A DNA stretch of 64,000 nucleotides from Curvularia clavata. Taxonomy: Eukaryota. Location: NCBI GenBank assembly GCA_023920165.1, contig CP089279.1:1798001-1862000 (forward strand), given 5' to 3'. Shown piece by piece: positions 1 to 11,134 of this stretch (within the stretch, counting starts at the first letter, position 1; each line of letters begins with the position of its first letter). The notes under the pieces are model-generated. The model was not told the DNA's origin. It did not search any database and saw nothing but the letters and a program-made list of their open reading frames with translations. A program made the position numbers and the translations under genes.

Positions 1-475
1 GAAGCACTACAGAATTACATACAGATGATAGAAAACAGAGTATAGAGATAGTGATTATGTAAAGGCACTGGTACACTGCAATAGCTTTTAATTGGTGGAT
101 TGCCTCTAGTAAGTGAAATACTGCGTGGAGAGTCTAGTTATATAGATAGTAGGAACTTTAGTATTTTTATATAAACTTTTTTATTTAGTTAAATAAAGTT
201 ATATAATTTAAAATTCTCGATTTCAATTTTATTTATAATACTATTTCTTTCTCTAAAAAAACAAAATAAATTCTAGTACTTGAATAGCTAGTATATAAAA
301 GATTAGTACCGTAGTTTATTTTTATAAAATCTTTTTTAAATCTAAATAGCTATAGTTTATCTATTTTATAAAAGCTGTTCATATTAATATATATAATTAA
401 ATAGTTATTATAATTAAATATAATAATTTTAAAAAGTTATGATCAGATTTTGATATAAAATTATATCTACTTATA

Positions 476-2032
476 TTTGTATTTATTTCTATTTTTATTT
501 CTTATAATTAGCTCGCCTATAGCGATTGGCTAATATTGAAAAGTAGTCTAAAAATAAAAGTAGGCCGCCTTATAGCCTATTAAGATTCAAAAATTGAAAT
601 AAAAACTATATCTAAGAAGAAATTTAAATATAAAGCTTTAAGCTTCTATATTTTAGACTTTAGTATTTTTAGTTTTATATATTAAATTTGATTGGCTTCG
701 GCCTTTTGTGGAATATTTTGTGAAACAATTTGTGAATTACATTTTGATTTTTGAACTAATAGTCACAGCACACCCAGCTCCGCAAAGCTAGATCGACATA
801 TCGTTAACTCCCTCCCTCGTGTCGGCGACATCAACATCCTCCATCTCCACCTCCTTAACTTCTACTGTCTCCAACTCTTGCGATCTTGAAGAAGGTTGTT
901 GGTTGCGCAAGGGATGGAAATCGGGCAGAGGGTGATGTCGATGGGTTTGCCGGGCTAGAGACTGAGTTCACGAGAGCAGGGTACTTATAGGCGGCTGTGA
1001 GCTGTTCTACTGCTTTGCGCTGCGTGTCCTCATCACAACTATGGTTCATCGAGTGCAGATTTTGCTGCCCGTTGTTGGACGCCTAATGGGGTGGTTGTTG
1101 TTGTTTTGTGGCTCAGTTCTATCCGGACTAGTACCAACTTTTCGAGACGAGGGCTAGGTGGCCTTTGGTGCCTGAGGCCTGGAGCCCGAGGCCTCGCGTT
1201 CGAATCCCTACTTGGACAGTATCCTTTATCTTGACTTCTTGATTTTTGGTGGGCTGAGGGGCGGCCTGCTGCTCGTTTATGTGATGTATATTTTGGGCTA
1301 ATCGCCGCCGGCGAGCCAATTGTGGGAAATGAAAACATAAATAAACATTAAATTTGAAATAAAGTATAAATCTAGATTAGAATAATGATAATTACACTAA
1401 TAAAGTTTTATCTATTAAGTAGCTAATAATAGATAAAGCAAATTCTAAAGTTATTAAACTATAGTTATAATTAAAATATATAGTATTAGAGTAGCGTATA
1501 CTATCTATAAATATCTACTCTTCTATTCTTATAAATTTAATTTCTAGCTTAGTAAAATCTATTAATAGTATTATATACTTAGCTTATTCTATTTCTTTTT
1601 CTAGTCTTTTTCAAATTTAGATTAGCTATATTTAATCTCTCTAGATCATAAGTAGTCTTTTTTACTCTTTTTTTAGACGTTTAGTCTACTCTCTATAAGC
1701 TACTTTTAAGTAAAGTTACTATAGAGCTATAGAAATAGCTCTTTAAATAGCTTAACTTTCTAGATATAAGTGTATTTAAAAATAATAACTATATTCTATA
1801 TTATAACTAATAGAAAGATATAATATAGCTATAATAGTTATAAGATTAGAAAATTATTTTTATTAATAGATAAGATATATTAAAAATTTATAATTCTAGC
1901 TATTAATTAATTAAAAAAAGTATAGTAAAGCTATCTATTCTAGATATTTAGTTATAGCTAGAATATAATATTTATAAAATTAGAAAAACTATTATGATTA
2001 GATATATAGATATAGAAGTAGTATTATAATAT
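476..2032 (-). mobile_element. SINE-like retroelement, subfamily 2, copy A (5'-truncated, interrupted by copy B)
   Basis: 476-691 plus 1358-2032 is the reverse complement of ~2350-3240; it carries the family 3' motif (TTAGCTCGCC...GGCCGCC) and an A-rich tail at the left end. Confidence 0.7.
692..1346 (+). mobile_element. SINE-like retroelement, subfamily 1, copy B (internally deleted, essentially un-RIPed)
   Basis: 11-bp TSD ATTAAATTTGA at 681-691 and 1347-1357; 5' GGCTTCGGCC; B-box GTTCGAATCC at 1198-1207; 3' stem-loop then GAAATGAAAACATAAATAAA tail; no TIRs. Confidence 0.8.
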
Positions 2033-2961
2033 CTAATCCGGTTTCGGCCTTTTACGAAACGTTTTAAGAAACACTTTAGATTTTATTTTTTATATTTAAA
2101 TTAAGCTTAACGAATATAGTTTAAACCCAGCCTCCGCAACGCTATATTAGTATATTGTCTAACCTCTCTCTTATATCTACTATCTTGATATCCTCTATCT
2201 CTATATTACTATCTCTATCTATATTACTATTATTATTACTATTACTATCTATGTCTACTTCCGCGTCTGTATCTATATTATCGTCTAACTAGCGTAGTCT
2301 TAACTAGATAAGATAGAGCGTTGTATCTATCTAAGCTATACTTTTTAAATAGTATTATACTACTTCTATATCTATATATCTATCTATAATAGTTTTTATA
2401 ATTTTATAAATATTATATTCTAGCTATAACTAAATATCTAGAATAGATAGCTTTACTATACTTTTTTTAATTAATTAATAGCTAGAATTATAAATTTTTA
2501 ATATATCTTATCTATTAATAAAAATAATTTTCTAATCTTATAACTATTATAGCTATATTATATCTTTCTATTAGTTATAATATAGAATATAGTTATTATT
2601 TTTAAATACACTTATATCTAGAAAGTTAAGCTATTTAAAGAGCTATTTCTATAGCTCTATAGTAACTTTACTTAAAAGTAGCTTATAGAGAGTAGACTAA
2701 ACGTCTAAAAAAAGAGTAAAAAAGACTACTTATGATCTAGAGAGATTAAATATAGCTAATCTAAATTTGAAAAAGACTAGAAAAAGAAATAGAATAAGCT
2801 AAGTATATAATACTATTAATAGATTTTACTAAGCTAGAAATTAAATTTATAAGAATAGAAGAGTAGATATTTATAGATAGTATACGCTACTCTAATACTA
2901 TATATTTTAATTATAACTATAGTTTAATAACTTTAGAATTTGCTTTATCTATTATTAGCTA
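1420..2961. repeat. Perfect 563-bp inverted repeat (1420-1982 / 2399-2961) with a 416-bp spacer
   Basis: Line-by-line comparison found no mismatch between 1420-1982 and the reverse complement of 2399-2961; first mismatches at 1419 and 1983. Confidence 0.9.
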
Positions 2962-3245
2962 TTTAATAGATAAAACTTTATTAGTGTAATTATTATTATT
3001 CTAATTTAAATCTTTACTTTATTTTAGATTTAATATATAAAGCTAAAAATACTAGAGCTTAAAATATAGAAGCTTAAAGCCTTACGTTTAAACCCTCCCC
3101 CCCACCTCTTAGATATAGTCCTTTTTTAAATTTTTAAATTTCAGTAGGCTGAGGGGCGGCCTACCTTTATTCTAAGACTATTTTTCAATATTAGCCAATT
3201 ACTATAGGCGAGCTAATAATAAGCAATGAAAATAGGAATAATTGA
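2039..3245 (+). mobile_element. SINE-like retroelement, subfamily 2, copy A' (full length)
   Basis: Starts GGTTTCGGCCTTTT like copy B; ends GGCTGAGGGGCGGCC...GGCGAGCTAAT...GCAATGAAAATAGG; internal body differs from subfamily 1. Confidence 0.7.
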
Positions 3246-3274
3246 ATAATTATAATTTTTCTTATATTTGAATA

Positions 3275-4531
3275 TTATTATTTTTCATGTTTTCATTCCC
3301 TATAATTGGCTCGTCTATAATAATTAGTTTAAAATATACATTATATGAATAAGCGGCAGACTACTTTTTAGACTACTAAAAATTAAGAAGTCAAGATAAA
3401 GAATACTATCTTAGTAGAGATTTAGATATAAAGTCTTAAATTTTAGGCTTCAAAAACTAAAGACTATCTAGCTTTCATTTTAAAAAGTTAGTACTAGTCT
3501 AAATAAAACTAAGCTATAAAACAATAATAACTATTTTATTCGATATCTAATAATAGATAGTAAAATCTATACTTAATAAACTATAGTTATAACAAGAATC
3601 CATAGTATTGAGTAGTAGAACAGCTTATAGCTATTTATAAATACTCTTTTTTATAAACTTAGTTTTTAGTCTAGTAAATCTATTAATATTAGTTTTTATC
3701 TAATTTCTATCTCTTACGTAACTAATAATCCTCTTTAAAATTATAATCCAACTATATCATTATACTCTATTAGCTTATCTGGATAGTAAAAGACTATAGT
3801 TATTTTTATACTATGTAAATACTATATTTACTTTCTTTAATAGAATAGATATTAATATTCTTTAATATTTCCAGAAATAGCTTTTTAACTAGCTAAAGTA
3901 TGTTAACTATCTATTAGCTAAAAACTACTCTATCTTACTAAAAAAGTACTAAATTAAGAAGATATAACTACACAAAACGTTAATATTCTATACTAATTTT
4001 ATTAACAGCTAAGAAGCCTTTTAACTATATAAATTTAGATTTAATTCAATCCAGAAGATTTAACGTTAAATAGAAACGTTACTATATTTTATTAGAGTAG
4101 AGTTAGAGATAGTGTAACGGTGCGCAATGCACCATTACACTACATTGGTTATGTAATCTGTAGTCACGTGGGCTGGTAGTTATAAGCCCACCCCTTTCAG
4201 TAGTTAGAGAGAGTCAGACACCTCACACACAATAGTACACAAAAACTCCAATCTTTCTCTCCTGTTCCTCTCCTCAGTTGCCTGCCCACTCACTCCTACA
4301 CCGACTCTACCGCTCACTGAGTAGAAACCGTAGCCTCGACCAACTACACCCTTACAATAGTAGAAGTTAAGAAGGTAGAGATAGAGAATATTAATATTGC
4401 TAATATAAGAAAGAAAATTAATAATATATTGATCTAGCTTTATAGAGCTAGATATACTATAACTATGAGTTTAAAAATGAAGAGATAATTTATAATATAT
4501 TTTATAAAATAGTCTATAAAAGGCTGAAGTT
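3275..4531 (-). mobile_element. SINE-like retroelement, subfamily 1, copy C (interrupted by a solo LTR)
   Basis: Colinear with 15881-17038 and with the reverse complement of copy B; ends AAAGGCTGAAGT (RIPed GGCCGAAGCC). Confidence 0.75.
4113..4356 (+). mobile_element. Solo LTR, 244 bp
   Basis: TGTAA...TTACA termini; 4-bp TSD ATAG (4109-4112, 4357-4360), confirmed against the empty site at ~16855-16870; TATAAG box; retains many CpA. Confidence 0.85.
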
Positions 4532-4559
4532 AATAAAATGCTCTATATAATATTTTACT

Positions 4560-5272
4560 TCTAAAGAAATTCAGAGCAATCTATATTGATATCAAAAAAA
4601 AGGAATATAATAGATCTTAATATATAGTGATTCTTATAGATCTATAGTTATCATAGAAGAAGATAGCTTAAAATAGATAAAAGTATAAATCAAGATAATA
4701 AAGATAGGTTTTAATATGAGTCTAGATAGTTTAGTAAATATAATAAAATAGATACAGTAAGAAGATTTTAAAGATTTAAAAAGCTAAAAGATATTATCTA
4801 ATTAATAAATTTTTTTTTAGATATATAGTAGATAGAAAGTAGTTAGAAAGTAATATTTACTAAAGTACTAGACTAGAGACTAAGTTTATGAAAGTAGAAT
4901 ATTTATATTTAGAGATTATATACTATACTACTATCTTACATATTATATTCTTATTATAACTATAGTTTATCAAGTATAGATTTTACTATCTATAGTTAGA
5001 TATCTAATAAAGTAGTTATTATTATCATGTAGTTTAGCTCTATATGAACTAGTCCTAATTTTTAAAATAAAACTAGATAGTTTTTAGTATCTAAAATCTG
5101 AAATCTAAAGTCTTATATCTAAATTTCTATTTAGATAGTATTCTTTATCTTGATTTCTTGATTTTTAGTAGACTGAGAGATAGCCTGCTACTTATTTATA
5201 TGATATATATCTTAGGCTGATCGCTATAGGCAAGCTAACTTTAGGAAATAAATATATAAATAAATAAATAAA
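4560..5272 (+). mobile_element. SINE-like retroelement, subfamily 3, copy D (degraded)
   Basis: The 3' ~450 bp matches copy B and ends in a (TAAA)n tail; the upstream part matches 31893-31980. 5' boundary uncertain. Confidence 0.6.
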
Positions 5273-5630
5273 TAGTTAAATGTTTTAGTAGATTTATTTA
5301 TATTATTTCAGTTTTTCTAAATCAACACTAGGTTACTAGTGTTTAGTTATAGTAGTTGACAACTATATCTTAGATTATAATCTTTAATTAATTAAACAGT
5401 TGTTGCAATGGTACTACTATTTACTATATTATAAGCTTTGAGTTTAGTTATCAATAAAAATAATATTTAGTTATTTTATTTATAGTTAATATATAAATCT
5501 AAATGCTATTCAAACTATATGTTAGTATTTGCTATTTATTTATCTATTTTAGAATAGTAGCCAATAGATAGCTGTAGTTAGATGCTAAAGTATTAGTAAA
5601 AGTATATCTAGAAATATGATAGAAACCATA

Positions 5631-5693
5631 TTTGTTTATCTATATTTATATATCCCACAATTAGCTCGCCTACAGCAATTAGCCCAAAATATA
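5631..5693 (-). mobile_element. SINE-like retroelement 3'-end fragment, copy E
   Basis: CCCACAATTAGCTCGCCTACAGCAATTAGCCCAAAATATA matches the family 3' end; cut off at the TA where the Tc1-like element starts. Confidence 0.6.
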
Positions 5694-6905
5694 CAGTAGG
5701 AGGACATAAAAAAAAAGAACTCGAAAAAGTAGTAGTTTTAGAATTACTATAGCTTAGCTAATAAAATAGCTAAAAATCTAAAAGATACTGATCTATAAAA
5801 AGAGTAGTCTATAGTCTTAACTTAGTATTTTAGATTTAGCTTAGTCAGTATATATAAACTAAAGTAAATTGTTAAAGTAGAATAAAGAAAAAAAGCAAAA
5901 TAAAAGCTACCTTCTCGCGCTTTAATCTTCCAGTATTTGATGTTTTTAATATATATATATAATAGATCTATTTAGTAGATTTATATATATCTTGGTTTTT
6001 TGTTCAAGAAAAATTTTAGATTAGTTAATGAAAAAATTAGAAAAAAGTAAGATATTTACTAGATACAATTAGTAGATAGTTTAAATTTTAGAGCTATATT
6101 AGAAAACTGAAGTAAAGCTGAATTAAGTTTAACATTGAGAATTCTCTTCTAACTCTTCTAGTTATTAATTTATTAATATAGTTGACTATCTAAAATCTCC
6201 TTTAAAGAAGTTTATTATTTTACTCTAGTTTTCTTAATATTTTATGAAATACTTTTATATTTAAATATGTTATTCTTCAAAGTATATATAATTTAGAAAT
6301 ATTATTATCATACCATTATACATATTAGTTATATTTTAATACTAACTAAAAGTTTACTATACGCCAAAATTCCAAGGACTTAGAAAAATTAAGATAATCA
6401 AGAAAATTAGATGTTATCAATTATATAAGTGTATATGAAAAAGGATTCAGATTTAATATTATAAGTATGATATTGAATATCTTTGTAACTCATGTTAGAA
6501 ATCATAGACTGTAGGCTTATTTCTATACATAGAAATGTAAGAAATAGAAAAAAAAGGATTATCTCTAATATATTCGTAGTTAGATAGATAACTATAGCTA
6601 TTAAAAGTGGACATTATCTATATATATATAGCCTTTTTATGTATAGATACTAAAAACGATCAATAGTAAAGAATTTGAGCACAAAAGAGTAGTTTTTATT
6701 TACTTCTTTTCTTTACTCTATTTTAATCACTTACTATATTTTCTATAATTGAACTAAGCTATATCTAAACCACTATATTAAAAATACTAACTAATCTCTA
6801 TATAAAACAATATCTGTTATATTTTTAGCTATTTTATTAGCTGAGTTATAATTATTCTAAAACTACTACTTTTTCAAGTTCTTTTTTTTTAATGTCCACC
6901 CACTG
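5694..6905. mobile_element. Tc1/mariner-like non-autonomous element with long imperfect TIRs
   Basis: TA-CAGTAGGAGGACAT ... ATGTCCACCCACTG-TA; ~250-bp imperfect TIRs related to the TIR at 17292; no readable transposase. Confidence 0.75.
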
Positions 6906-7415
6906 TATTTTGCTTCTCTCTACCGTGAGGTCTCTCGTTTCTAGGATTTTTAGATTTCCCTAGACTGCGCTACTTCTAGTAAAGGGATACTCTAATTCTA
7001 GTGTGGCTCTAGTAGCCGTGCTTATCCTTTACTTAAGTCTCTAGACTAGAGCCTTAGACACTACTCTAGCACCTATATAGCGCTACTACCTTACTATCTA
7101 GCTGCTAGGCTATTTGCTTTTATCTATTAGATAGGTCTAGACGCTTTGATTAGAGCTCTAAATTACTAGTAATTTATTTATAACTAGAGTCTAATAGCTA
7201 TCTAGTTTATATATACTAAGACTATTCACTTCTCTAGTATATATATTAATAATAATATAGTATTACTACTAAGTTTTCTTTTCTATATATCTTATTTAAA
7301 ATATGTTAGTTATAACTTTAACGCAATTATTTTCGCTATATTGCTTTATTGTCTACTTAATACGCTACTAGATACGTATTATTTTATCTATCTATAAGCT
7401 ATCTACACTTTAGTT

Positions 7416-7762
7416 TGTTGAAGTAATGGGTGACTGCTAGTACTACTAGTAGTAGACTTAGACAGCCTGATCGAGAGACTCTAGATAGACGAGAGATTGC
7501 TAGGGGAGAGAGTTGATGGACACGATTGACTTTGTATAAACTGCTCTGGTTTCTATCTACTAGCTATTCTACTACTATATATATTGGCTGGAGTAGATTC
7601 TAGAAGAATCTATCTAGTAGTAGCTTGCGTAATCTTTGGCGTTATAGATAGATGTCTATAGATCGATTATAGTCTTGATAGATCGACTATAGATTGTAGA
7701 ATCCGGGTGTGACTGAGCACCCGGATTCTGTCGTAGAGTAGCTGAGTAGCTTATCTACAACA
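7416..7762 (-). mobile_element. Solo LTR, ~350-bp family, copy 1
   Basis: TG...CA termini; 5-bp TSD TAGTT (7411-7415, 7763-7767); homologous to 8671-9025 and 30263-30612. Confidence 0.9.
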
Positions 7763-8670
7763 TAGTTTACTATTAGTTTAATATTATTTCTACTTATCTA
7801 TCTAATTCCTCTAAAAAAATATATTCAATATATCTAGTAGAAAAAGAAATATAATTCTATAAGTTTACTTCTTTTTTTCTTTGCTATTTTTAGCTTAGCT
7901 AATCTAGATAGATTTTTAAGCATATTTTTAAAAGGTTTTAAAATTTAGTTAATACTATTAAGCTATATACTATTACTTAGTATAGTTTGATAGCTAAAAC
8001 TAATCTAGAGACCATATTTAACTAAATTATTATTTCTACTTTAGATTTAACTTATAAAGTTCAAGTTATTAGATTTTGAAAAAAAAAGCTTTTAGTTAAT
8101 TAGCTTCCTATTATTTAGAACTAGATCTAAAAAGATATCTAAAATAGTGTTTAAGAGTTAGTTAACATAGTTAAGAGTATAGAAATACGCTTTTTATATT
8201 TTAAAGTAAGATTAGCTTAGAATAGCGCTTAGATTAACTCTTGAATTAAGAAGAAAGAGAAATTATTCAGTTTATTCTTCTCTAAAATGAGTAAAAGTAT
8301 AGTTAACTAGAAGATAGCTAATACTAAACTAGAGCGCTCTAATATTAAACTTTAAGTAAAATAATATCTTAGAAATTTACTAGTAGTTATAAGATTAGAA
8401 TCTAAATTTTCTTTATTACTAATACCTGATAACGATTTCATTTTTCTTTTTCTCTAAATTTTATTTTATATGTTTTATTTCTTTACTATAATCTACATAC
8501 TAAGAAAATATAAAAGTTCTAGTTTAGTAGAATATTATTAATAGAAAAGTTTGAAATTATATAGAGTTTTTATAAAGTTTAAAACTAGATACTATATAGA
8601 ATTTAGATTATATCTAACTTACTAAATTAAGTATTTTAGATTTAGATAGTATAACTTATCTACTAGAATC

Positions 8671-9025
8671 TGTTGTAGATAAGCTACTCAGCTACTCTAC
8701 GACAGAATCCGGGTGCTCAGTCACACCCAGATTCTACAATCAACTTAATCTATAGTCGATCTATCAAGACTATAATCGATCTATAGACATCTGTCTATGA
8801 CGCTAAAGATTACGCAAGCTACTACTAGATAGATTCTGCTAGAATCTACTCTAGCCAATATATATAGTAGTAGAATAGCTAGTAGATAGAAACCAGAGCA
8901 GTTTATACAAAGTCAATTGTATCTATCAACTCTCTCCCCTAGCATATACTACTCACTTGAGTCTTTGATCAAGCTACCTCTGAGTCTACTACTAGTAGAA
9001 CAAGTAGCTACCCCACACTTTGACA
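8671..9025 (+). mobile_element. Solo LTR, ~350-bp family, copy 2
   Basis: TGTTG...TGACA; 5-bp TSD GAATC; inserted in the chromodomain region of Gypsy relic 1. Confidence 0.9.
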
Positions 9026-11134
9026 GAATCTTTTCTACTTTTTGTTCTTCTATATTTTAAATAAAAGTAGCTAGAGGCTTTAGAAGTTTTTATTCTAAGG
9101 ACAGATTTTATAAATCTTTATATAATAGATCTAGAGCGAAAATATTATAAATCTCGATTTTTTTCAGATAGTCTAAGTAGTATAAATACTCTATCTCCTC
9201 AAATATTTTAAAAGACTTCGCTTATTTATAAAATAGTTTTCTACTTGAATAGTCTAACGCAAGATTTTAAATACTTGAAAAAACTATATCTTCTATATTC
9301 TAGTAAATAGAATAATAATAGCAATTGACTATAGTTTACATCCCATTCTAGACTTTCTCTATCTATTTTTTAACTATCTTCTATCTATTATATACATAGA
9401 TAGTTGTTTCCAATCTACCTTTATAGTTAAGTTTATTGATCGAAGTAAAAACGCTGATAAAATGTTTCTAATTCTAACTCTATTAGAGTTTAGGACTATA
9501 TAAAATATAGTATAGAGATATACTGATAGAAAAATAGAGTAGAAAAATTTAAGTATAGTTAATTAATAATAGAAGTCTACTCTAGTTATTTTAGTAGTAG
9601 AATATAAATAGATATAACTTTTAAATAATATATATATTTATAATTTCTATCCAACTATCTATTTCTTTATAGTAGGTAGTTAATAGCTTAACTTTAATAT
9701 TTAGAATCTAGTAGAATTCCAACTAGAATCTTAAAATAAATTATAGTTCTTAGTCCAAGACCATAGTTTTAAATATATAGCTAAATCAGTTCATCTATTA
9801 AATTAATAAGTTGTCTATTTTTTTCATATTAATAGTTTTATAATAGAAAATAGAAATAGACTACTTAAATAACTAGTTAATTATAACTATGATAATATTA
9901 TCATTAAATTAGTTCTAAAAAATATTTTTAAAGTTAATATATAGATACTATACTAGCTAGTTAGAAATTAGTGAAAAATAAATTATTTTTCAAATTTTAA
10001 CCTATTTTAAGTATATCTTTTTATAGACTATATAGTTCTGTATATATTTTTTATAAATAGATTCTATACTCTTCTAGTAGTATTTCTAGAATAGTAGTTA
10101 TTAAGTTTTCTTTACGTTAAAATATGCCAAGAATATCTAGTTATATACTTCTTAAACAAAGTAAATTATAAAAATAGAAATAAAAAAATATATAAGTAGT
10201 TAGAATGAAATAAAAATTTATTTTTAATCTGATACTTATTTAGAAGAGACCTTTACTTTGATTTAAAAAAGATTTAGTTCTTTTATAGAATAGACTTACT
10301 TAGCTCTAGTAAATTCAAAAATATCAACTCTAATATAAGCTTAACTATAAAAAAAAAAATTCTATTTAGAGATAAACTATATAAGTTTTAGTAAGGTTAA
10401 AGTTAATCTAACCTTGAACTAGTATAGCTCTAGAAGAGTCTATGAATAGTTATTAATTTAAACTATTTTCAGATTTTTTAGATTTTACTTTTATTAAAAA
10501 AAAAATATTAGTATAGGTATTTTCTTTTCTAAAAGTATACTACATAAAGAAATTAAAAGATTTTAACTTTTCTAACTATTATACTTAGTAGATATCTAAA
10601 ACTTTAGTAATTATAAAGTATTTAAGAAAATAGTAGTCTAAGTATATATTAATATAAGAGCGTAGTAATAGTAGTTTAGATTTCTACTTACTTAATACTG
10701 TTATAATAGCAAATAGTTTTTTATTATATATTTTTTAGTTTAACTTGGACTTAGATAGAACTTTACCAAAAAATACCATAGGATACTATTTTCTATTTAA
10801 CTACTTTTAGAAAAGAATTCCTATCATAATACTATTAAATATATTAGTTTCTATTTTAGTATTGTACTTAAAATAGTAATATCATACAACAGAAATTACT
10901 AATAGTATAGATTTTAACTTTCTAAAAGTTTAGTTATATTTTAAATTTCATATAAATAGCTTTGAAAAGCTTCAGAAAATAAAAACAAAAATTATAATTT
11001 ATAAGTATTTAGAAATATACTACTAATAGAATCTAGTAAACTCTAGCAACAACTTTATATTAGTAATAGTAGTAGATTAGACGTAATTTTAAAAAACTTC
11101 TATTTTATTAGAATTTATCTCTATATTTTAGTTA

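Noticed and set aside
1151..1218. Functional tRNA gene
   Set aside because: Has a B-box, but the T-stem does not pair and I could not fold a cloverleaf; it lies inside a repeat.
855..1338. ORF-track calls of 63-99 aa
   Set aside because: They overlap the promoter and terminal region of the repeat and have no recognisable motifs; likely chance ORFs in the only un-RIPed copy.
692..1346. Hammerhead or HDV-like ribozyme in the SINE-like element
   Set aside because: I could not build the CUGAnGA/GAAA core or the nested double pseudoknot by eye; an Infernal/RNAMotif search would be needed.
3815..3874. Intron in the passenger ORF (GTAAAT...CCAG)
   Set aside because: The longer copy F reads through this stretch in frame from the start codon; the GT arises from a 4-bp insertion specific to copy C.
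7780..8400. Ty1/Copia RNase H (ADGLTK-like) relic
   Set aside because: The segment is the reverse complement of the Gypsy 3' region at ~23050-23680.
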